Assembly (NCBI RefSeq): GCF_028641065.1
Contig: NC_073400.1
Span: 31,868,001 to 31,932,000, forward strand
Direction: 5' to 3'
DNA: 64,000 bases
DNA from: Leucoraja erinacea
Taxonomy: Eukaryota
In this document: positions 1-11,600 of the stretch, one piece after another
Numbering within the stretch: the first letter of the stretch is position 1
Layout: every line of letters starts with the position of its first letter
Notes under the pieces: generated by a model
Told to the model about the DNA's origin: nothing
The model's database searches: none
The model's input: the letters and a program-made list of their open reading frames with translations, nothing else
Made by a program: the position numbers and the translations under genes

Positions 1-36
1 GCCTATTTCCTTAGCTCCATAGATGCTGCTGCACCA

Positions 37-320
37 TAACTCAGTGGGTCAGGCAGCATCTGTGGAGAACATGGATAGGTGACGTTTCACAGAGTGCTGG
101 AGTAACTCAGTGGGTCAGGCAGCATCTGTGGAGAACATGGATAGGTGACGTTTCACAGAGTGCTGGAGTAACTCAGTGGGTCAGGCAGCATCTGTGGATA
201 GGTGACGTTTCACAGAGTGCTGGAGTAACTCAGTGGGTCAGGCAGCATCTGTGGAGAACATGGATAGGTGACGTTTCACAGAGTGCTGGAGTAACTCAGT
301 GGGTCAGTGGGTCAGGCAGC
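37..320 (+). repeat. 66-bp minisatellite (Penelope/SINE-derived unit)
   Basis: Tandem unit tttcacagagtgctggagtaactcagtgggtcaggcagcatctgtggagaacatggataggtgacg. Confidence 0.85.
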
Positions 321-448
321 ACACACAGCACCCGTAGTCAGGGTCCAAGCCGGGTCTGTGACACTGTGAGGCAGCAACTCTACCACTGCGTCACTGTGAT
401 GCCCTCGTCTTTATAGTTCAGAGCTTATTTGGAGTCTCTGTGACTTAT

Positions 449-758
449 GGCTCTGTCCCACGGTGCGAGTTTATTCCCAGAGCTCTCCCGAGTTTTAAAA
501 AAATCAAACTCGTAAGCACGGAGAATGAACGTAGCGGGTACGTCGGAGCTCGGGGACGTCTCTTAGCGGCTCGTAACGCTAACGGCAGGTACTCGGGAAG
601 ACTCGCTAACGGCAGGCAAGCACGGGAAGACTGGTGAAGATTTTTCAACACGTTCAAAAATGTCCACGAGAGCCCCGAGTACCGACGAGTGGCCATTACC
701 GTAAATCTCCGCGTTCGAAACTGGGCTCTTGGAATGAACTCGTACCGTGGGACAGGGG
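449..758. mobile_element. Non-autonomous DNA transposon (MITE, PIF/Harbinger-like TIRs)
   Basis: TIRs ctgtcccacggtgcgagtt ... aactcgtaccgtgggacag. A partial inverted copy lies at about 8175-8425. The superfamily assignment is tentative. Confidence 0.6.
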
Positions 759-799
759 TTTAAGATGCTTTTTCTGCCACTATTTTCCGAACTCTCGAG

Positions 800-1222
800 T
801 ACTTAGGAGAATTTAGGAGATTGAGGGGGGATCTTATAGAAACTTACAAAATTCTTAAGGGGTTGGACAGGCTAGCTGCAGGAAGATTGTTCCCGATGTT
901 GGGGAAGTCCAGGACAAGGGGTCACAGCTTAAGGATAAGGGGGAAATCCTTTAAAACCGAGATGAGGAGAACCTTTTTCACACAGAGAGTGGTGAATCTC
1001 TGGAACTCTCTGCCACAGAGGGTAGTTGAGGCCAGTTCATTGGCTATATTTAAGAGGGAGTTAGATGTGGCCCTTGTGGCCAAGGGGATCAGGGGGTATG
1101 GAGAGAAGGCAGGTACGGGATACTGAGTTGGATGATCAGCCATGATCATATTGAATGGCGGTGCAGGCTCGAAGGGCCGAATGGCCTACTCCTGCACCTA
1201 ATTTCTATGTTTCTATGTTTCT
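800..1222 (+). mobile_element. CR1-like LINE 3' end
   Basis: RGDLIETYKILKGLD...RTRGHSLRI...[14 protein letters not shown], followed by a 3'UTR hairpin and a (TTCTATGT)n tail. Confidence 0.9.
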
Positions 1223-1254
1223 ACTGATGGTTTTATGGTTTTTCTTTGCAACAG

Positions 1255-4200
1255 GAATACTAAACTGAAAACCCTTCTATCCATTGGAGGCTGGAGTTTT
1301 GGAACTACCAGGTAAAGTCTTAACAGCGGGTGACCCAGACTTACCGCCTTTGTCCCTCACTATCCACGCCTCTGATTAGAGATACAGCATGAAAACAGGC
1401 CCTTCAGCCCATCAAGTCCACGCCAACCATCGATCACCCATTCACACTCGTTCTCTGCTATCCCATTTTTCACATCCACTCCTTGCACACTAGGGGGCAA
1501 TTTACAGAGGGGCTGATTAACTTACAAACCCGCACGTCTTTGGAATGTGGGAGGAAACCGGAGCACCCGGAGAAAGCCCACGCAGTCACTGGGTGAACGT
1601 GCAAACTCCACACAGACGGTACCACTGTGTCAATCAATCAATCAACCAATCGATCAAAAGTTCATAAGTGAAAGGAGCAGAATTAGGCCATTCGGCCCAT
1701 CAAGTCTACTCCGCCATTCAATCATGGCTGATCTATCTCTCCATCTCAACCCCATTCTCCTGCCTTCTCCCCATAACCCCCTGACACCCGCACTAATCAA
1801 GAATCTGTCAATCCCCTCCAATGACTTGGCCTCCACAGCCGTCTGTGGCCATTAATTCCACAGATTCACCACCCTCTGATTAAAGAAATTCCTCCTCATC
1901 TCCTTCCTAAAGGAACGTCCGAAATGCTGCCTGAGCTGCTGAGTTACACAAACACACAAACCAACCTCCCCTCCATTGACTCCATCTACACCTCACGCTG
2001 CCTCGGCAAGGCCAGCAGCATCATCAAGGACCAGTCTCACCCCCGGTCACTCCCTCTTCTCCCCTCTCCCATCGGGCACGAGGTAGAGAAGTGTGAAAAC
2101 AAACGCACACACACCTCCAGATTCAGGGGCAGTTTTTTCCCGGCTGTTATCAGGCAACTGAACCGTCCTCTCACCAACTAGAGAGCGGTCCTGACCTCCC
2201 ATTTACCTCATTGGAGACCCTCGGACTTTGCTGGCTTTACCTTGCACTAAACGTTATTCCCTTATCCTGTATCTGTACACTGTGAATGGATCGATTGTAA
2301 TCATGTTCTGTCTTTCCGCTGACTGGTTAGCACGCAACAAAAGCTTGTCACTGTACCTACTCACGGCGCTCTCCCTGCTCCCGTTAGATTCACCAACATG
2401 GTGGCCACGACGGACTCTCGTGCGACCTTTATCCGCTCGGCCGTCTCCTTCCTGCGGCAGTTTGGATTTGACGGCCTGGACCTGGACTGGCAATATCCCG
2501 GCTTCAGGGAAAGTCCGGCAGAGGATCGGAACCGGTTCACTGTCCTGCTGAAGGTGAGAGGGCCGGGAATCTCCCTGTTACACACTCACACTAGTCCACG
2601 TTACACACTCACACTAGTTCATGTTACACACTCACACTAGTTCCTGTTACACTAGTTCACGTTACACACTCACACGAGTTCATGTTACACACTCACACTA
2701 GTTCATGTTACACACTCACACTAGTTCATGTTACACACTCACACGAGTTCACGTTACACGCTCACATACCATGCACTAGTTCATGTTACACACTCACACA
2801 CGGTGCACTAGTCCATGTTACACTAGTTCACGTTACACACTCACACTAGTTCACGTTACACACTAACATATGGTGCACTAGTTCACGTTACACACTCACA
2901 CTAGTTCACGTTACACACTCACACCCAGTTCACATTACACAATCACACTAGTTCCTGTTACACACTCACATACCATGCACTAGTTCACATTACACACTCA
3001 TACATGGCGCACTAGTCCATGTTACACACTCACATTGCGCCCTATGCCGTTACACACTCACACAGTGCACTTCCCATTACACACTAACTTCGGGTTGACT
3101 CAAAAGAAGGGTCTCGACCTGAAACGTCACCCATTCCTTCTCTCCAGGGATGCTGCCTGTCCCGCTGAGTCACTCCAGTGTTTTTGCGTCCATCTTCGAT
3201 TGTGATCACGTGTCGTCTTTGCGTTGACTGGTTAGCATGAGGAGCTTTTTACTGTAGCTCGGTACACGTGACAGTAAACTGAACTGAGCGCCCTGTGTCA
3301 CTGTTTCCCCCTGGTGTTCTGCAGGAGTTGCGAGCTGCGATACAGGACGAGGCACACAATGATGACAAAGGCAGACTGCTACTAACCGCTGCTGTTGCCG
3401 CCTACAAGGAGGTCATCGATAACGCCTACAACATCTCTGCCATCTCACAGTGAGTACCCGCATGAGTCACGCATGGTGGCCGTGTGTCGGCACTGGGCTC
3501 TGTACTCGCTGGCGTTTAGAAGGATGAGGGGGGGCTCATTGAAACGTACAGAATAGTGAAAGGCCTGGAGAGAGTGGATGTGGAGAGGATGTTTCCAGTG
3601 GTGGGAGGAAACCGAAGATGTCTGAGAAAACCCAAGCAGGTCACGGGGAGAACGTGCAAACTCCGTACAGACAGCGCCCGTAGACAGGTTCGAACCGGGT
3701 TTCTGGCGCTGTGAGGCACCAACTCTACCGCTGCGCCACCCAATTGTACTTGAGTACTTGAGACAGGTTTGGGTGTATCTATGTAGAGTATTATCGGATG
3801 TAATTGGAGAGCATGCAATCTTTTCACCGCATCTCGGTAAAGATTCACTGCATTACGCAGGCCGAATAGATTGTAATCAGTCACGGTGGCGCAGCGGTAG
3901 AGTTGCTCCTTACAGCGCTTTCAGCGCCAGAGACCCGGGTTCAATCCCCACTACGGGCGCTGTCTGTACGGAGTTTGCACGTTCTCCCCGTGACTTCCGT
4001 GGGTTTTCTCCAAGCTCTTCGGTTTCCTCCCACACTCCAAAGTCGTACAGGTTTGTAGGTTAATTGGTTTGGGATAAACGTAACTTGTCCCCAGTGTGTG
4101 TAGGATAGTGTTAGTGTGCGGGGATCGCTGGTCGGCACGGACTCAGTGGGCCGAAGGGCCTGTTCCCGCGCTGTTTCTCTAAACTAAAGAACAACTAAAC

Positions 4201-7013
4201 TAAACTAAAGATATACACAAAATGCTGGAGTAACTCAGCGGGTCAGGCAGCATCTGTGGAGAACATGGATAGGTGACACCCTTCCTCAGACTCGACCTGC
4301 AACATCACCCATTCCTTCTCTCCAGAGATGCTGCCTGTCCCACTGAGTTACTCCAGCATTATATGTCTCTTCAGTTTAAATCAGCAGTTCCTTTCTAAAC
4401 TAAACCAAATGCTTGTTGCCACAGACATTGTGGGCTGAAGGGCCTGTTCCTGTCCTGCACTATTCGATGTCTCTTCTGCAGTTGTATAGGGCTCTGGTGA
4501 GACCACATCTGGAGTATTGTATACAGTTTTGGTCTCTTAATTTGAGGAAGGACATCCTTGTGATTGAGGCAGTGCAGCCAAGGTTCATGAGATTGATCCC
4601 TGGGATGGCTGGACTATCATATGAGGAAAGATTGAAACAGACTAGGCTTGTATTCACTGGAGTTTAGAATGATGAGGGGGCACCTTATAGAAACATATAC
4701 AATTATAAAAGGACTGGACAAGCTAGATGCAGGAAAATTGTTCCCAATGTTGGGCGAGTCCAGAACCAGAGGCCACAGTCTTAGAATAAAGGGGAGGCCA
4801 AAAAACGTTTTCACCCAGAGAGTTGTGAATTTATGGAATTCCCTGCCAAAGAGGGCAGTGGAGGCCAAGTACTGGATGGATTTAAGAGAGAGTTCGATAA
4901 AGCTCTAGGGGCTAGTGTAGTCAAGGGATATGGGGATAAAGCAGGCACGGGTTATTGATAGGGGACGATCAGCCATGATCACAATGAATGGCGGTGCTGG
5001 CTCAAAGGGCTGAATGGCCTCCTCCTGCACCGATTGTCTATGTTTCGATGCCTCCACGACTACATGAATCTAACAACCTTCTTTTAATCAGGTGCTTGGA
5101 CTTCATTTCTGTGAGGACGTTTGATTTCCATGGACACTGGGAGAAGGTGACTGGCCACAACAGCCCGCTCTTCCTGGGTCCCACTGACAAAGGCAAATTT
5201 ATTTTCTATAACATTGTGAGTAGATTGATAATATACACCTTCTTCATGGTCACTATTTTACCACCAGGTTCAGGAATAGCTGCTTCCCAACACACAAGGG
5301 GTCAGGCAGCACCTTGCACTGAACCTTATACATGTTATTCCCTTTATCCTCTATCTGTGCACCATGGGCAGCTGGATTGTAATCATGTGTAGTCCCTCCG
5401 CTGAATATAGACAGAGTGCTGGAGTAACTCAGCGGGTCAGGCAGCATCTGTGGAGAACATGGATAGGTGACGTTTCACAGAGTGCTGGAGTAACTCAGCG
5501 GGTGCAGCAGCATCTATGGAGCTAAGGAAATAGGCAACGTTTCGGGCCGAAACCCGGAAGGGTTTTGGCCTGAAACGTTGCCTATTTCCAGAAGGATTTC
5601 AGCCCGAAACGTTGCCTATTTCCAGAAGTGTTTCGGCCCGAAACGTTGCCTATTTCCTTAGCTCCATAGATGCTGCTGCACCATAATTCAGTGGGTCAGG
5701 CAGCATCTGTGGAGAACATGGATAGGTGACGTTTCACATAGTGCTGGAGTAACTCAGTGGGTCAGGCAGCATCTGTGGAGAACATGGATAGGCGAAGTTT
5801 CACAGAGTGCTGGAGTAACTCAGCGGGTCAGGCAGCATCTGTGGAGAACATGGATAGGTGACGTTTCACAGAGTGCTGGAGTAACTCAGCGGGTCAGGCA
5901 GCATCTGTGGAGAACATGGATAGGTGACGTTTCACAGAGTGCTGGAGTAACTCAGCGGGTCAGGCAGCATCTGTGGAGAACATGGATAGGTGGTCCACGT
6001 TTTCACAGAGTGCTGGAGTAACTCAGCGGGTCAGGCAGCATCTGTGGAGAACATGGATAGGTGACGTTTCACAGAGTGCTGGAGTAACTCAGCGGGTCAG
6101 GCGCATCTGTGGAGAACATGGATAGGTGACATGGATAGGAGTCTCAGATTGCAGCTCTCAGTCTGAAGAAGGGTCTCGACCCGAAACGTCACCCATTCCT
6201 TCTCTCCAGAGATGCTGCCTGTCCCACGAGTTACTCCAGCACTTTGTGTGCCTATCTACGAATGAAATTGTTACATGTTCGGTACAAATCGAGACTCTCC
6301 TGACTGCCCAGAATGTGTCAGCAGCGATTATTTCACTCGTCATAAATTCATGTGATAGGAGCAGAATCAAATCGACTCCGTTATTCGATCGTGGCTGATC
6401 TATCTCTCCCTCTCAACCCCATTCTCCTGCCTTCTCCCCGTAACCCATGACACCCGCACTAATCAAGAATCCATCTATCTCTGCCTTAAAAAATCTCCAT
6501 TGACTTGTGGCCTCCACAACCGTCTGTGGCAAAGAATTCCACAGATTCACCACCCTCTGACTAAAGAAATTCTTCTTCATCTCCTTCCCAAAGGAACGTC
6601 CTTTAATTCTGAGGCTGCTGCATAGCCTCTGGTCCTGGACTCTCCCACTAGTGGAAACATCCTCTCCACATCCACTCTATCCTGGCCTTTCACTGTTCAA
6701 TGAGGACCCCCCCCCCACCCCCCGTCATCCTTCTAAACCCCAGTATAGTCGAGTCCCAGTGCCGTTAAACCACTCGCCGTATGTTAACCTGACCTTCAGT
6801 AATGTTGGTGCATGCGCTTATCCCTGCAGGACTTTGCTCTGAAGTATTGGCGGCAGCAAGGGGCGGCTGCGGAGAAGCTGCTCGTCGGGTTCCCCACCTA
6901 CGGACGCACGTTCACCCCTGAGCAGCAGCGGCAACGCCGTGGGGGCTCCAGTGACGGGAGCCGGTCAAGTGGGACTCTTCACCCGCGAGCCAGGACTGGT
7001 GGCTTACTATGAG
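1255..7013 (+). CDS. GH18 chitinase-like protein (CHIA/CHIT1 family), probable non-catalytic chi-lectin; partial gene, 5 internal exons
   Basis: AG/GT-bounded exons: 1255-1311 ([18 protein letters not shown]), 2388-2553 ([38 protein letters not shown]...LLK), 3325-3449 ([10 protein letters not shown]...[25 protein letters not shown]), 5092-5215 ([27 protein letters not shown]...YNI) and 6830-7013 ([35 protein letters not shown]). Phases are compatible and the 57/166/125/124-nt sizes are typical of vertebrate chitinases. The last exon has a +1 C (6915-6918). 5' exons lie before the window; 3' exons were not found. Confidence 0.9.
2575..3090 (+). repeat. About 23-bp minisatellite (cacactagttcatgttacacact)n
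   Basis: Degenerate tandem copies directly after the catalytic-motif exon. Confidence 0.85.
3880..4208 (+). mobile_element. tRNA-derived SINE (V-SINE/HE1-like)
   Basis: A-box ggtggcgcagcgg, B-box gggttcaatccc, conserved core gagtttgcacgttctcccc, LINE-like 3' hairpin and (CTAAA)n tail. Other copies at about 1380-1620 (-), 3600-3740 (-), 53015-53250 (+) and 60305-60540 (+). Confidence 0.8.
4475..5045 (+). mobile_element. CR1-like LINE 3' fragment
   Basis: [18 protein letters not shown]...GHSLRIKG...WNSLP. Confidence 0.85.
5410..6135 (+). repeat. 66-bp minisatellite array with nested palindromic element
   Basis: About 8 copies of the same 66-bp unit, with an inverted-repeat element at about 5490-5685. 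Confidence 0.85.
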
Positions 7014-8669
7014 GTACTGCAGCGCAGCCCCAACCTACACTCACAACATCATAAGGGATAGGAGCAGAATAGGGCCATTCGGCCCATCAAATCTACTCCC
7101 CCATTCAATCATAGAAACATAGAAAATAGGTGCAGGAGTAGGCCATTCGGCCCTTCGAGCCAGAGATCATCAGTTCATAAGGCCGTTCAGTGATAGAATT
7201 AGGCCATTCAGCCCATCAAGTCTACTCTGCCACTCAATCATGGTTAGAAACATAGAAGCATGGAAAATAGGTGCAGGAGTAGGCCATTCGGCCCTTCGAG
7301 CCTGCACCGCCATTCATTATGATCATGGCTGATCATCCAACTCAGTATCCCGTACCTGCCTTCTCTCCATACCCCCTGATCCCTTTAGCCACAAGGGCCA
7401 CATCTAACTCCCTCTTAAATATAGCCAATGAACTGTGGCCTCAACTACCTTCTGTGGTAGAGATTCACCACTCTGTGTGTGAAAATCACGGCTGATCTAT
7501 CTCTCCCTCCTAACCCCATTCTCCTGCCTTCTCCCCATAATCCCTGACACCAATACTGATCAGGAATCTATCCAAATATACTGTGTCCACTGCCTTGGCC
7601 TCCACAGCCTTCTGTGGCAAAGAGGTCTGTGTACACGCAGCAGCTCAGCTGCCGAGAATGTTTATCGCGAGTGACCTATGGCCTGGGCATGCCCAGTCGC
7701 AATACTGAACTCGCTTATTGGCCCTAGTATGTGTTGGATGGTGTTAGTGTACGGGGATCACTGGTCAGTACGGATTCGATCGGCACAAGGACCTGTAATT
7801 CTAAACTAAACTAAACCAAACTAAACAGCAGACAGACACAAAATGCTGGAGTAACTCAGCGGGACAGGCAGCAGCATCTCTGGAGAGAAGGAATGGACGA
7901 TGTTTCGCGACGAGACCCTTCTTCAGAATGGTTAGGGATAAGGGAAACGAGAGATATAGACAGTGATGTAGAGAGATAAAGAACAATGAATGAAATATTT
8001 GCAAAAAACGCCCAGACTGTCACACAATTCACGCTGCCTCGGCAAGGCCAGCAGCATCATCAAGGACCAGTCTCACTCCCGGTCACTCCCTCTTCTCCCC
8101 TCTCCCATTGGGCAAGAGATACAGTGAAAACGCAACACCTCACCAACTAGAGAGTTTGGCCCTGATTTGAACTCAGAGATTTACGGGAATAGCCGCTCGT
8201 AAGTACTCGGGGCTCTCGTGGACATTTTTCAATACGTTGATAAATCTTCACGAGTCTTCCCGAACTTACTGCGTTTCCCGAGTACCTGCCGTTAGCGTTA
8301 CGAGCCGCTAAGAGACGTCCCCAAGCTCCGACATACCCGCTACGTACATTCTACGTACTTACCACAAGTTTGATTTTTTTAAACTCGGGAGAGAACTTGA
8401 ATAAACTCGTACAGTGGGACAGGGCTATTACTCCAGAATTTTGTGTCTACCTTCGATTTAAACCAGCATCTGCAGTTCCTTCCTACACTAACCAGTTACA
8501 TGTTCTATGGACACTGTTGCGATTTGTTACTAGCATCTAATGGCCATTGCATAGTTCTCCTGAAGAATTCAATATAAACAATATTTTGAGAATCTTGATC
8601 CACATAATTTCAAAATTTATTTATGTCGAAATTCTGCTACAATGTGGTTTTTCCATGATGCAATGTGGC

Positions 8670-11600
8670 GTTTAATCTTACTATTTTACTTCGAGAGGTC
8701 ACGTGAGTGACTACCGTTGAAGACTTTCAAAGGTGTCTTTGATTTCAAACCGTGTAACAGTTATATCACTCACTGCCGAAAGGTCATCGAGGGAGGAAAG
8801 TGGTAGCTAGAGACCAACAAGTTTGTTTAGTTATAAAAAGAAATATTTATTAACTATAAACAAAAACAAAATAGCTCCCATGGGCTTTAAATCCTAACTT
8901 TGCGGTTTGTAAAACAGTATCCGCAAAGACACGCACGTCCTGTTCCATCAGCGGTTTGTTGTAAAAATCGTTGGAATGTCGATTCCCTTGACCATCCCGC
9001 TCGCCATGAGGGAGTGGTACGAGGGGGACCTGCAGTCCTATTACGCCGCTGAGGTGAGACGCCTGCCCTGGTTGAATGAGGATTTAAAAACATTAGTGTT
9101 AATCCCTGCCATGCTGAGGACCTGTTTCAACAATCTGGATAATGTTTGGCTGGTTAACCGTCCAAAAGGGTCCTGTGGCTAACCCATAAGGCTTTCTCTC
9201 TCCCTCTTAGCGTTGGGCTTGTGTCTAGATAATGATGAAGGTGGGTCACCACACACAGCCTAGTTTCTGGAGGGTAAGCCCGGAAGATCATCGGGGAGTT
9301 TGATGATACCTGGTCTACTTTGTTTACTACCAAACCCCGGCATAGTGAAAGAAATGGTCATCTGGGGTGGTCACCCAGTGGATAGTTATAGATATAAGCC
9401 TGAATGGACGCGACTGGAACCCTTTGAGCTGAGGACAAGCGCCATGAGCATGAGGGTTTTGTAAAGTGGCCTGTTCCAGGCTCAGGGATCCCACCGTGAG
9501 GGCCAACCTCGAAAAGGTGTGTGAGAACCACACTCACATCCCACATGTGAGTGTATCTAGGTGTAGGGGGTTTGGTTATTAAAGATCCCCTTAAGGAGTC
9601 TGATGACTAGAGGGTGGGATCCCACACTATGCTGTTTCTAATCGGGGTATAGCATTAGATATGCGGACAGTGCGCTCCGAGCCGTGTTGATGGCACTGTA
9701 GCTCATCTTGAGATCATGGTGGCAGGTGGGCCAGGAACTCCAGCACCGCCGAGAATCGAAGTCGTCGTGTAGGATGTCCCTGCGTTCCAGACAGTACTGT
9801 TCCCATTTCCCTGATGAAGGTCAGGTACTGTGTCTTGGTGGAAACTCGCAGGGATGCCGACATGGTGGTGATGGTTCTGTCTGATAACCCCAATCCCCGG
9901 TAAGGCCTGTTCAAATCTGGAAACCAGGAGTTTCAATTTTTTGGTGGCATGGATGCTAATGCAGTTACCGGGTGAGTCAATAATTGGGGGGTGGTGTTGA
10001 AGGACCATTGGTGTCTCTACCACCATGTCGTGGAACATTGGGCAACCATGGTTGGGTAGGCCAGTCGGGCCCACCAGAATGCCAGAGGCTTGAGTCTGCC
10101 CTGAATTTTCTGGAGTACCGCCTGATGAGGCAGAAGGGAGGGAAAGCATAGCAAAAGAAATTCCCCCAATCCAGCGCGAAGGCATCTACCGCTGCTGCCT
10201 CTGGGTCTGGTTCCCAAGCCACATACATGGGTAGTTGGTGATTTACCCTAGAACGCAACAAATCTATATCTGGCGTACCATATTGCTTGATAATTTTAGC
10301 AAATGATTTTGGGTCCAACATCCATACGATTGTCTAGTCTGTGCTTGCATTTTTCGTGACCATAGCGTGTCCGCCCACTAAATTTAGCTTGCCTGAGTAA
10401 ATAGGCAGCTTGTTAGCCAAATAGCTCGCGCTCGACACATCCCTATCCTGCGTCCTAGATTCTCTTAGCAGGTTAATGCTGGTCGCATGATAATGATCTT
10501 TAACTGCCACCCCATGTGCTGGATATGATAAGATACTTGCCGTAGTGTTGTCGATCAATAAGTCTAACATGCACGTGTCGCATCCCAGATTCTATTCTTT
10601 TAGAGCCCATAACCGGCGAGCGAGCATTTCCAAAAAGTTAATGCCCAGTGGACTGTAGTAGAGATGCCTCTGACTTAGTCCCCATCTGCCCACGGTGCTG
10701 TATTTGGCAGTTAGTAGCTACCCCAGCCTAAAGCCCTGGCATCCGTTGCAATGGTTTGGTAGTTACGATTGGTTACGTGATGAGTATGTAGGACTGTGAC
10801 TGCCTGCCAAATATGTCCAACGTCCACCACCGACGTTACTATTTTGGCTTCAGAGGGTTAAATCCATTTTGCGATCATAAGGCCCCCTATGAAGGCGTAA
10901 TTCATGAGTCCTTGCCATTGGAGATTTTGAATATGCAAGGGCCCATGTTGGGCAGCCGGAATGCGGCTAGCTGAATAGAGCACATAACTCTGGCAACATG
11001 CCGTATCTGCGTTGCGGTGCTTTATGTTGGCAATTAAATTGGCTACAAGCTTCAATGCGTGATGAAACTGTGGTGTCTGGGCACGAGTGACAGTCATGTG
11101 AAATCGTGTCATAGTGAAGCCTAAGTAATCCATGTTAGTAGTAGGTGCTCCATAATTGATTTATCTGGGTGACTCTGATAAAAACGCAGACGTGAAAGTT
11201 TCAAGGAGTTGTTTAGTGGCTAACACTCCTAGTGACAGCTTGATCCCGTGTTCTTTCCTAATATGAGAACATCGTCCAGATAGGCCACTACTAAATGTTT
11301 TAGTTCTCTCAATTTCTCATGGCCACTTTAAAGAATTTTCGTAAATTAGTTTCTGGGGAGCTGTCGTTAAATTGTTCCATTTGGGCAAAGCTCGGTATGG
11401 CCTGCCATAGCTGGCACCTCCAGATAAATTTCAGATATTTAAAGTAATCTTTTTTATGAATGGGTACCAAATAGTAAGCATCTTTGATATCTATGCCTTG
11501 CCATGTAGTATCCATTGGAGATAAGTTGTCGGGCAGTGACAAATGTCTCCACTTTGAAATGTTGATACTCAAGCAACTGATTAAGTGATGTCAGGTCAAT

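Noticed and set aside
3880-3960. tRNA gene
   Set aside because: The A/B boxes belong to a SINE head followed by SINE core and tail; no complete cloverleaf.
5685-6135. CRISPR-like regularly spaced repeats
   Set aside because: Contiguous 66-bp tandem units without unique spacers in vertebrate DNA; a minisatellite.
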